A stretch of 64,000 nt of DNA, taken from positions 191,052 through 255,051 of the forward strand of contig MNCI01002932.1 in the NCBI GenBank assembly GCA_015680685.1, written 5' to 3'. The position numbers and the translations under genes are program-made. Source of the stretch: Gnetum montanum (lineage: Eukaryota; Plantae; Gnetophyta). A model generated the notes under the pieces. That model worked only from the letters and a program-made list of their open reading frames with translations, did no database searches and was not told the origin of the DNA. Positions within the stretch are counted from its first letter, which is position 1, and each line of letters begins with the position of its first letter. Below, piece by piece: positions 1 to 11,241 of this stretch.

Positions 1-9
1 CATTTCATT

Positions 10-867
10 TTGGTAGAATTATTTGATGCTTCCCAGGTTGAAAAGGCTCTCTCTCAAAAAAATTTTCCAACTAGAAATGCAACCCTAATCACACGCACTT
101 GGAGTTTTGACTTTAATGTCAATGACCCGACTTTTAATATAATTCCTTGTTATGTAGAACTGCCCAATCTTCCACTCAATCTTCCACTCATTTTCTCCTC
201 CATTGAGAGGGACATTGTTAGCACCCTAGGCCCTATGATTTTCGATCATTGTATGGTGATCAATGGAACTCAAATTTGCCATTATTGTATTGAACTGGAT
301 ATAGCCCATCGGAAGACCTCATTAACCCTTGGAGCTGGTGGAAAACTCTTCACCCAAAAAGTGGACTATGTTTACCTTCCAAACTCATGTAGCTATTGTC
401 ACAGGGCTGAGCATCATATCTCGGCGTGTCCTATCCTAGCCAGGAAGAAACAACCTATAGCATCTCAGAAGACTTGTTCCCCAGTCACACCACCAGTAGG
501 CCCATCCTCAGTATCCTTTAAATTTAGATCTCCTCCCCCAACAACTCCTAAATCATCCTCTCAGTTTAGCCTCTCCAAGCTACAGAAACAACAGTCAAGT
601 ACTCACACCTCCACCCAAGTCATCCCTTCAAACGTTGTCAAGAACTCATTCTCGGAGGATGAGTTCGTGGTGGCCAGTGGAAGGAAACGAGTCAAAGCTT
701 CCTTTCATTCTACTTCTCCCTCCAACTCCTCTTCACTAGACACTTCCATGGCCCTTGTCCCCACCAACAACTCCTTTTCCCTCCTATCAGGAACAAAGGA
801 AACTAATACTTCAACTCCCAACCCTTTTGTTGACATCCCATCCAAACTACCCCTCGTTTCCCCATGA
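10..867 (+). CDS. LINE ORF1 C-terminal part (nucleic-acid-binding protein with zinc knuckle)
   Basis: Open frame with CSYCHRAEHHISAC (CX2CX4HX4C) and a Ser/Pro-rich tail; true start probably upstream of the window. Confidence 0.85.
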   Translation: MVELFDASQVEKALSQKNFPTRNATLITRTWSFDFNVNDPTFNIIPCYVELPNLPLNLPLIFSSIERDIVSTLGPMIFDHCMVINGTQICHYCIELDIAHRKTSLTLGAGGKLFTQKVDYVYLPNSCSYCHRAEHHISACPILARKKQPIASQKTCSPVTPPVGPSSVSFKFRSPPPTTPKSSSQFSLSKLQKQQSSTHTSTQVIPSNVVKNSFSEDEFVVASGRKRVKASFHSTSPSNSSSLDTSMALVPTNNSFSLLSGTKETNTSTPNPFVDIPSKLPLVSP

Positions 868-3800
868 ATCTCCTTTCTTGGAACGTTCGAGGCCTTACTG
901 ATAAGCTTCGACGGAAGTGAGTAGGCAACTTTATATCTAGTCTTAATTTGGCTTTTGATTTCATTCTCCTTCAAGAAATTAAGATTTCAGCCGACCTTTT
1001 ATCCTATTCCACCCATTGGTTTCTTCCTCACTCCTCACTCCTAGCGACATCCCATGCAAGTGGGAAAGGAGGTGCGGCCATTCTCCTCTCACCCTACTAG
1101 AAAACTAAAATCCTTCAAAGTGGTTCTGATTCTGGGCATAGAGTTTCCTGGGCCACCTTCTCATCCCGGCATGGCCCTTTTGGCATTTGCTCGATATATG
1201 CCCCAAATGACTCCACAGAACGGGCTCTCCTTTGGCATGAACTTGCAACTTCTCTCCCCCCAATGCCTTGGATATTCGGAGGAGATTTTAATATGGTAGA
1301 ATTTCCTCAAGATAAGCTCGGAGGGGCATTTCTTCAATTGCCCAATCTCGAGTATCAGGCCTGGTCTGCATTTAAGAAAAGATTTTACCTCTCAGACGGG
1401 GTAGACAACTCCACGTGTGTTCCCCTCCATAGATTTACTTGGAGCAATCTCCGTCTTGGGCAGGCTCGCATCTACAGCAGGTTAGATAGGTTCTATTTCT
1501 CCACCCTTTCCTTTTGGCAAGCTTTCTCTGCCACTACAGTTCATCATCATGCCACCTTATCCGACCATCTTCCTATCTCCATATCTATCAAGATTCATGG
1601 TAGCCCTGACCGACAAAAATTTCATCTTTTCAAACTACACAACAACTATTTTTCTTCCCCAACTGCCCAACTTCTTCTATCCAACCTTTGGAATGCCGAA
1701 CCTAGGCCCCTAAATCAGGTGGGTTGGATTAATTGGTGGCATCGTGCTTCATGTCGAGTGCGAAACTTTGCTCGTTCATATGGTAAGACCGTGGCTGCTC
1801 AAGCCAAACATGAATACAACAAAATTCACCTCACTATTGAACATCTCACTAATAAACTAGCTCAAGATCCCTTCAATACTCTAGTTCACGAGGAGCTAGC
1901 TAGAGCACGCGTTGCCTTCCAACATTGGGAAGTGTACCGAGCACAAAGTGCCTTAACTAAAAGTCGGCTCACTTGGTTAAATATTCAAGACGAACACTGT
2001 AAGGAATTTTTTAAATATCTTAATGCTGCTTCCCCTTTGCATGCTATCGACAAAATCTCATGTGATGGTACCACCATTACTGACCACAATAGTATCCTCT
2101 CTTTTCTTAAGAACCACTACGAAACCCTTTTTGCAGCTACCCCAATGGACATCTCTTCATTCAAGGTTGCCACCCCTGATTATCCTCACCTTATTAATCC
2201 CACTATGCTACAAAGCCTTGACGCTGATATCACTCTGGCGGAGCTATAGCAGGCTTGTTCCAAGTTAAGTCGAGGAAAGGCTCCTGGTTATGATGGGTTT
2301 CCAGTAGAATTTTTTCAAAATCATTAGGATTTGGTGGGCAGGGATCTTTTGCAGGTCATTAATGAGGCTCTCTTAACTGGTTCCCTTGGGCCCAATCTAA
2401 ATCAAGGGGTAATTCGTCTCCTTCCCAAGTCTGGGGATCTAACTGATATCTCCAATTAGCGTCCCATAACTCTTCTCAATGTAGTGTATAAAATTTGGGT
2501 GAAGTGCCTTGCCTTACGGCTGAAAAAAATTCTTGGTCAGATCATATCCCCTCAGCAAACAAGATTTGTTCCTGGTAGATACATTTTAGACAATGTGGTC
2601 GCAGCGTGAGAGGGTCTCAAGTGGGCTGAGGATGATGGACAAGATATTCTCCTAGTGAAACTAGATTATGCCAAGGCTTATGACAACATTAAGTGGGATT
2701 TTATCTTGCAGACTATGACCAAACTTGGTTTTGGACCTAAGTTCTTGCATATGGTGAAATGCTTATTCTCAGATGCTACTGCAAGAATTGCCACTACCTT
2801 CGGCATTACCTCTCCCTTTCCAATACATAGGTCTGTGCGCCAAGGTTGTCCTCTCACCCCCTATCTCTTTATCATTGCATCAAACTTTCTTTGTCATCAA
2901 ATTAACCTAGACATTCAAACTAAAGTTCTCACCGGGGTTAGCCTTTCCTCCTCTCAACAATAGCTTCTCAATATGCACTTCATCGATGACTCCTTTTTTC
3001 TAGTTCAAAACACAGCCACCAATTTGCACAGCCTCTTATCAAGGGTGGAGCAATATTGCACACTCTTAGGCTCCATACTTAATTGGAATAAATCCTCTAT
3101 TTATAGCTTTAAGGGCAATTACAAACATGTGACCAACTATAATTGGAAGCAGCTTCAGGATCAAGACATTGTTAAGATTCTGGGAATCCCTTTCCACTTT
3201 AGAGGTTCAACATCTATCCTTTGGGAGCAAGTTATTCATCGAACTCAAAAGAAACTCGACAAATGGAAAACTAAACCCCTCACACTTGTGGGTAAATACC
3301 TTGTTTGTAAGTCCATATGCGCGTCCACCCATGTGTATTACTCTTCGTGTTGGGCTCCCTCCGAAGCTGCCTACCAGAAGTTAGAACGGTTATTCCGTGA
3401 CTTTATGTGGTCCTCCAAGGATTCTCAAAAAGGCTTTCATCGTGTTGCTTGGTCTATTGTTACTCTCCCCAAGAATAAGGGTGGCTTAGGCCTTTTGAAC
3501 TCCTATACGCAAGGAATTACCCTGGTTGCTAAGTGGTTGGTACAACATTTAGATGCCTCAGATATTATAGGGACCCTCCTCCAATTAAGGCTTCATCAAG
3601 CATTTCCTAAAAATAAGCCCTTCTGGAAAGGCATCCATTTCGTTAATTGGATCCTTTCCCCCCTCACTATCATTATTCCCGGATCTCATGTTTTCAAAAG
3701 GATTTGGAGGGCCTGACAAATTCTACACACTCACATTGACTGGACTAACATTAAAATCAACCCTACTATCCTCTCTAAAGTGTGTCCGTNNNNNNNNNNN

Positions 3801-4452
3801 NNNNNNNNNNNNNNNNNNNNNNNNNNNNNNNNNNNNNNNNNNNNNNNNNNNNNNNNNNNNNNNNNNNNNNNNNNNNNNNNNNNNNNNNNNNNNNNNNNNN
3901 NNNNNNNNNNNNNNNNNNNNNNNNNNNNNNNNNNNNNNNNNNNNNNNNNNNNNNNNNNNNNNNNNNNNNNNNNNNNNNNNNNNNNNNNNNNNNNNNNNNN
4001 NNNNNNNNNNNNNNNNNNNNNNNNNNNNNNNNNNNNNNNNNNNNNNNNNNNNNNNNNNNNNNNNNNNNNNNNNNNNNNNNNNNNNNNNNNNNNNNNNNNN
4101 NNNNNNNNNNNNNNNNNNNNNNNNNNNNNNNNNNNNNNNNNNNNNNNNNNNNNNNNNNNNNNNNNNNNNNNNNNNNNNNNNNNNNTGGCAGTGGGCTTCT
4201 AAAGCTTTTCCATCATACAAGCTATCTCAAGAGGATGCCGAATTCAGATTCTTGAACATTACTTCTACTAATCTTAATTTTCCGTGGAAAGTTATTAGGC
4301 CTACTATTTTATATTATATTTGGAAGCAAAGATGCAATGTTCTATTTCAAAAGACAGAGTATTCTAACAAATGTTTGCTTACCAGGTTGGAGAAGTTGCA
4401 GATCTTTCGCCTCACCTATTTTCAACTCATATCTCAAGCATCCAAGTTTTAG
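864..4452 (+). pseudogene. LINE ORF2 (APE endonuclease + reverse transcriptase), inactivated by nonsense mutations
   Basis: MNLLSWNVRGL, LQEIK, GGDFN, SRLDRF, SDHLP; KAPGYDG, N*RPITLLN, KLDYAKAYD, VRQGCPLTP, HFIDDS, PKNKGGLG, IWKQRC; 8 in-frame stops and no frameshift from 864 to 3789. Confidence 0.95.
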
Positions 4453-4854
4453 ACAGTCATCAATTGGTTCATCTCCTGCAGCTATGGGAAAGACCTATGT
4501 GTTTTAGTTACACTTAGCATCAGTAATCTCTGCAAGGAAGTTTTCCCTTTTTATTATGTGGATTCACCATTGGAATTCTCTCTATCCTTAATTGAGAGCT
4601 CTTTGCCTCATCTAATTCTATGTCATTCTATTTTGTAACAAGCGAGTCTGCGTGGACATTTGGTTGTGCCCCAACTTGGGGTACCTCCCTAATACTTGTC
4701 TATTTCTAAGGTGTTTCCCGAGTGTCATTCACGATGCTCTAAGTTTTCCCTTTCCTTTAACCCTATGACTTATTCAAGTTGTTGTAATTGATGCACCTTT
4801 AATTTCAATAAAACTTCTTTTCGGGGTCCAACACCCCACACCCCCCTCCATTAC

Positions 4855-6850
4855 CTTTGAATATCGGCATGGAGCACATAGCACCATTGGGCATCTAAGT
4901 TATTATCTGGTACCTTCATAACTCGGCCATCATTGAAAAAAGTTAAATGATCACACCGTGCAAAAATCATATAAGAGATCGATGCAAGAACCTTAATCCA
5001 TGCATCTAGTTTGAGGGTTGCATAATAGAACCAAACAATGAAACCCAGAACATACCCAGAACATACATTCCAGCTACAATAGATAACAAAACAAAATAAA
5101 ATTGACTGGTACGATGTCCAGAAATGACAATTGAATACTTAAATTTTGGTGCACAGGAAGCGTAACTGCTGTCGTCGAACATCTCATAATTAAGGCCACA
5201 TTCATCTCGATATTCGGGCCGAAATATCGCAATATCAATTTAGTCGGTACTCGCGTAATCTGCGAAATAAATAAATGCTAAGTGAAAAAGAAGTCAAACC
5301 ACAGAGACAGTGAGCGTGCAAATACCCAAGGCAGGGTTTCCCTGCCCACTGAAAACCATTGATCTTTATTATATTTTGGACCGACCCCGTAAGCGCACCC
5401 AGCGAGGTAAGATCCTTTGTCCATACAAAAATTAATAAATGACGGGAGCTTGTAACAGCATAGCAGAATGCATGATCCCGGACTGCAGAACGTGCACAAA
5501 TGGCATCCAGCGGGATTTTCCATGGACGATTGCTCCCTCAATATTTTAATTTTATATAATACAAAATAAAAACTTAAATCTAAAGCTGTAAATTCCACTG
5601 GAATTAGTAGAAGAGCATTCAACGTTCTCAACTTCTGTTGAAATTCACAGAAGAGTCTTCATACGTCTGTCTGTGTGTGGATGAATACTCCAAAATCAAA
5701 GCTAAACACGTTCAAGTACCCTAACCGTCCAGCCGTTTTGCATATCAAAATTTGGACTTCATTGCGTATTCATGTTGCGTGACAAAAAGGTAAACTCCTC
5801 ACTAGTACTCATATCCTGTGATACAAGTTTCCACTGGAATCTTGGGCTGTCAGGTAAGCATGCAATGCAAAATGTGAGGTGAGTGTTGCAGACGATGCTA
5901 TTATACAAGACAACACTAAATTCTTTTCTTTAATCCTAACCACACTGCTGCTCCAGCATTAAATGTAAACCAAATAAGGAAGAGCAAGAACGCAAAAAGA
6001 TTATGTACAATGAAAAACGGAAAACAATTTTGTATATAAGAAGGAACCGTTTTATGTCACAAAACACACGAAAATCTTCGAGCAGATAAATAAAATGAAA
6101 ACATTTCAACAAAATTTACTTACCTCGTGTTACGACTGAAGCTTTTAAAGGTACGGAGCATCATATCTATTGCATCATACCGAAATCTCACTTGAATAAA
6201 CTAATCAAACGAACCAATAGCAACTCCGAAAACCAAGATGATAAGCTAAGAGTTAAAAAGCTCCAGTGTACATAAAACGGTGAGGAAACTAAGATATGTA
6301 AAATTCGCAGAAGAAAAAGCGCATATAAACAATACTAGTAAACCCAGCCCAAGGTTGTCCCCGTGGTCTATGTTAAGTTTTGTTTTTTGCCGGAAAGGCC
6401 AAAAGGCTAAAACAGAGAAATTTGGCAGCCCTAGGAATCCTTTAAACAATTTCTTCCGAACAGAGGAGAAAATCCTATCTAGATATAAGCCAGATCCTAC
6501 TATGAGCCTTAAAGGACAAAGTATCCGACAAGAGAGGAAGCTAGGGCGTCAAGTCGAGGATACAATTGCATAATCAAAAGAAAGCCTAAAATTGCTGAAG
6601 CGCAGCAACAAAGAGCGTGCAGACTTACGAAAATCAGTAAAACCTGAATCACACATACAGAAGCGAATATGTAGACTGGGAAGAGTTTTGAAAAAAGAAA
6701 CGAAAGAAAAATGATAAGAGAATGAAATAAAATGATGATTACCTGAAGAGAGTAAGGATCCGATGCTGCAGAAAAATGGTACCGATTTGGAGGCAAAAAT
6801 AAAGATTCAGCGACCGACAAGCAATCACAGATGAAAATAAACAGGCAACA
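4855..6850 (-). pseudogene. Spliced host gene or pseudogene model of unknown function; predicted exons ~6850-6743, 6200-6124, 5634-5326, 5259-5139, 5073-4855
   Basis: GT/AG sites with T-rich introns on the - strand (CAG|GTAATC, ATTAG|, GAG|GTAAGT, AACAG|, TCGCAG|, TTGTAG|, AAG|GTAATG); phases of the last three exons are compatible; frame broken by an 11-bp duplication at 5043-5064; CG-rich relative to flanks. Confidence 0.5.
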
Positions 6851-6899
6851 CATTTTCGTCGCAAAAACAATGCCGTTATGGAGTTAATGGTTTGCATGA

Positions 6900-9800
6900 T
6901 CATTATTTTTTTCGGAATTTTTTTTGCTAATAGAAGTTTGAGAAAAATGAATGAGAAATGGTTGAATCATAAAGTTTTTATGCATCATCAATGTAATACT
7001 TTTATCACTTAGGAATGAAAAGTGGATTTTGATCCTATTCTTTTAATTACTATGAAGTTCTCTGTTGAATTGAATTAAAAAATCTCTCTTAATTTTTCAA
7101 TATGTTAAAAGTGAAATTGTTAGCGGCATTGGCACAATCATAAAGATAGAGTCAAAAACATTCGTAATGCGTGTAATGTATATGTAATTTTGTAGAGATT
7201 AATTTACAGTAAAGAAAAATAGAATTAAAACATAAACATGTTAATGGATGTTTTTCCGAGAAAACTACATACTATAATTTTGCGGATGGTGTAACTATTG
7301 TCGTTGTGAAGGTCATGTTATTGAAATCTATCTTATTTCTAACAAAAAAGTTGTTTTTGAGGAAAAAAACAAACAAACAATGCTAGTTTTCAACAAGCAC
7401 ATATGAAATCTTCTTCAACAAGTTCTCAACCTTTTACTAATTCTTTTAATTTTAAATATAATAATAAACTCTTAATATTTAAAAAGAATTTCTTTTTAGA
7501 AAAAAAAAAGAGAAAATTTTAGAGAGGAGCAATAATAGAAATATTGATGCAAATAAATTTTACTTAGTTTAACACAAAAAGAAAAGGCCTACAAACACTG
7601 CTTTTAATTTAAATACCTCAAAGATATCTCATTCTCTTTCAACTTCTAGTATTGTTACAAATGTTTTTTTATCACATAATGGTTTTTTACTTATTAGTGA
7701 CATGGATTGTAACACAAATGCTAAGCTTGAAAAATCAAAGATGAGGGCTTCCTCCCCCACATCTCATTGTTAGTTTTATTGTAGCATGTTTGAGGCCTTT
7801 TTGATAAGTCCCAAGCAAAAATTGTTGAAGACTATTATTTAAATTGACATTTTTCTCTAGATTTCTTTTCTTGCAAGAAATTAAGATTTCAGTGTATGAT
7901 ATTAGTTTTGTTGATAAATGCATTTTAAAAAACTACACTATTATTTCTACTACTCATGAAGTTAATAAAGGAGATATTGTTATTCTTGTTAATAAAAATT
8001 AGATTGAAAAAGTTTCGAATTCTTGTTTTGATAACATTAGAAGAGTTATTTGGATTACTTATCATAATGAAAAAGGAGACTTTGGATTATGTACTATTTA
8101 TGTTCTTGATAATTTGAAAGATCGATCAGAGGTTTGGAAATATCTTTTCTCTTTGCCTAAAGTTTCTTAGATTAGTAGAGGTGATTTCAATAGGGTTAAA
8201 AGTAATTTAGATAAACATGATGGTCTTCCTCTTAATATGTCTTCCCAAGAAAAAGAAGATTGATGCAATTTTTTAAAAAAATTATTTTCTTTCTAATGTT
8301 AGCTCTTTATTTCCACATTATTCAAATGAGCAGCATTATACTTGGTGTAATAATCAACAAGAAAATGATAGAATTTCTTGTTGACTTGATAGATTTCACA
8401 TCTCTAATGTTTTCTTTTAGAAGCCTATAAGGAAAATAGAAGTGCATACAAATGGTGCTTTACTAGACTATTTTTTATTAGCATTTTTATGTCTAGAATT
8501 ACTTCTTCTTTTTTTCAAAAGCATAGGATTTTTCATGTGAATACTAGTATGTTCACAGGACCTAGTGGAAAAAATATTTTGAAGTCTTTATCAAATGTAG
8601 AAAAAAAAAGCCTATTGTTAATATTCATTAGATTGATTGGTGGTGGCAAATGACTTGTAGAGTCAAAAATTCTACTAGATGCTTTGAAAAATAATTTGCT
8701 AAGTGTAAGAATCAAGTTGAAGAAGATCTTACAGGATCTGCAAAGAAAATGCAAATTCTTTGAGAGAAAAATCCCTTTGATTTTAAAACTCAAAAAGTGT
8801 TGGCTAAAAAACATTATGCTCAACAATGTTTGGATGATTTTGAAGCCAAAAGTGCTCTTATTAGAAGTCATATAGGTTGGTTAAAAATTGAAGATGAACC
8901 TTGTAAAAAAAGTTTTAAATTTCTAAAAGGAAAAGATTAAGTACCCAAATTGGAATCATTTTATATAAATAATTTCATCATTATAAATCTTGAGACTATT
9001 AATAATTTTGTAGCTAACCATTTTTCTTTTGAAGGTTTTAGTAAGGAATCCTTCAAGGCCTCTAGTACACATATTCCTCATCATATAATAGAAACACATC
9101 ACAATATTCTTGAAGTTGAAATTATAGTGGAAGAAATCAAAGTAGTGCCCTTTAGTTTAATAGATGGTAAAGCTCCAATTTTTGATGGTTTTCCAATTGA
9201 ATTTTTAAACAAGAATTAGGACTTCATTGGAGATTATCTCTTTTATGTTTTCTAAGAAGCCATTAAAAAAGCTTCTCCTGGTAAAAATATTAATAAAGGT
9301 ATTAGTCATCTTCTTTCTATGAATGAAGATCTTCAACATATTGGTAATTAGAGGCCTACTACTCTTTTAAACAATATTTATAAAATTTTAGCTAATTGCA
9401 TGGCTTGCCAAATTCAAAAAGTTATTAAAAATATCATCAAACCTTAATATACTAGTTTTGTTAAAGGTAGACATATCTTAAATAATGTTACTATAGCTTG
9501 GGAGGGAATGCAATGGGCTTCAAATACTAACCAAGATATTACTTGTATTAAGTTAGATTATGCCAAATCATATGATAGGATTGAATAGAGTTTCATTATT
9601 TCTTATCTCTATAAACTAAAATTTGATAATTATTTTATTCATCTTGTTCATACCTTTCTCAGTAATTTTAATGCTCAAACTGCTACTAATTTTGGATTAA
9701 GTTCCTTCTTTTCTCTTCAATGGTCAATTCGTCAAGGTTGTCCTCTAGCTTTCTATCTATTTATTATTTTTGTAGACTTTCTTTCACATAATGTACACTG

Positions 9801-11241
9801 ATTTATAAAGGAATATCATTAAGAAAATTTTAATTGATGATCAAGGTATGTAACTATTTAACAAGCACTTTGCAAATGATTCTTTTTTATGATCAATGAT
9901 TTTCTACAACATTAATACTCTTTTAGCTAGAGTGAAGAATTACTGTATATTATTTAGCTTTTGGATCAATTAGCAAAAATATTTTATTTATTATAATGGC
10001 AATATTGATAAGTGAATTACTCTTAGGCCTTAGAAAATTTTGAAAAATATTATGTCTTTAAGATTTTAGGAATACCTTTTTATTTTAAACATAATTTTAC
10101 TATTTTGTTGAATTATGTGGCTAATAAAATTAAAAAGAAGCTTAATAAATGAAAGAGAAAAAGCTCATCTTTGTTGGCAAAGTTTTAGTTATTAAGCAAA
10201 TGCTTTAATTAACTCATGTTTATTACTTTGGTTTTTGGACTCCTTCTAAAACTTCTTATGATATAATTGATCATATTATTTATTAGTTTCTTTGGTCTGC
10301 TAAGCACCATAGAAAAAGTTTTTCCAAAGTTGTTTAGGATATTTGCACTAGTAGCAAGAAAGATAGGGGACTTAGCCTCATTAATTATTATAATTAGGAT
10401 ATTTCTCTTACTTTTAAATGGATTGCAAATTAAGTTAATGGAGACGATGTTTGTATAATCTTTTTAACAAATAGACTTATATAAGAAAAACCTAAGATAA
10501 TAACAATTTGTATTGTAATAACTTTCTTTGTTGTTTTCTTTTTCTTTAGTCCAATTTTGTTTCTAATTCTATAATATTTAAACAAATTTGGAAGACATGG
10601 TGCAAACTTAGTAAATTGCGAAATTGTAATCATATTCTAGTTTTAGAAGATATGTTTAAGCAAAATAGCCCATGGTGACTTCCTTTTAATGAAGAAGCTT
10701 AGATTACTTATGCATCTAGATTGTGTACCACTTGCAGAAAATTTGATATCACCACAATTTATTGTCTACGTATGTATGATAGATGGAGTACTTTGAATGA
10801 AGCTTATAGCCTCTATGGTTTGAATAGAAAGAGAAAAAAGAATTTTACAAAATTAATTTCTAATCTTAAGAATTTATTAAAAGTTGACAATAATTTGCAT
10901 CAAACTTTTCCAAATACTTTTTGGAGGGATGTCAAATCTATTTTTCCTTTTAATTCAAAAGTTACTTATAAGATTATTATCAAGAATGATTTTATTCATA
11001 AAAAATTCAATAATGCTTGGAAACTACAATTATTATTGCACTTTTGGATGCAAAAAAATCAATGATATTTGAAGAGCTTCTACATTTCCTAAAATTCATT
11101 TTCTATAGTATCTTATTCATCAAGGTATTCCTATTGATACTCATCTTAAACATATGATAAATGTTTTTTTCCCAGTATCCTCTTTATAGAAGTCAAGACT
11201 CATTTTCTCATGTTTTTTTTTTTGAGTATCTTGTTGCCTAG
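6900..11241 (+). mobile_element. L1-clade LINE (copy 2), heavily decayed, 5' part
   Basis: Collinear with copy 1: ORF1 remnants (LSLIFQYVKSEIVSGIG ~7085-7135; CNYCRCEGH ~7290), ORF2 from ~7767 (FLQEIKIS, GDFN, KAPIFDGFP, KLDYAKSYD, IRQGCPLA, HFANDS). Confidence 0.9.

Larger units (their letters stand above)
1..4850 (+). mobile_element. L1-clade LINE (copy 1), 5' end outside window, assembly gap at 3790-4185
   Basis: ORF1 with zinc knuckle followed by ORF2 with APE endonuclease, RT and C-terminal W-rich motifs; AATAAA at 4807-4812 and a terminal GGGGT-CCAAC-ACCCC motif. Confidence 0.95.

Noticed and set aside
3688-4452. Long ORFs spanning N runs (also 40648-41343)
   Set aside because: Created by assembly gaps. 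The second gap also looks too short to hold the missing LTR half plus the rest of the extra ORF.
4860-4935. Possible C/D snoRNA (ATGATG box on the - strand)
   Set aside because: No D box or terminal stem found; better explained as part of an exon.
5355-5460. Short resemblances to U1 snRNA (CTTACCT..ACGGGGTC) and SRP RNA (GAGCTTGTAAC)
   Set aside because: Matches are only a few bases; the remaining conserved elements and USE/TATA promoter were not seen.
5400-5890. Strong plus-strand splice donors (GAG|GTAAGA, CAG|GTAAGC, GAG|GTGAGT)
   Set aside because: No convincing T-rich plus-strand acceptors, and strand skew favours minus-strand transcription; an antisense transcript is not fully excluded.
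6280-6853. ORFs 6280-6573 (+) and 6509-6853 (-)
   Set aside because: Non-ATG starts, compositionally biased, and overlapping the predicted first intron/UTR; no recognisable domain.
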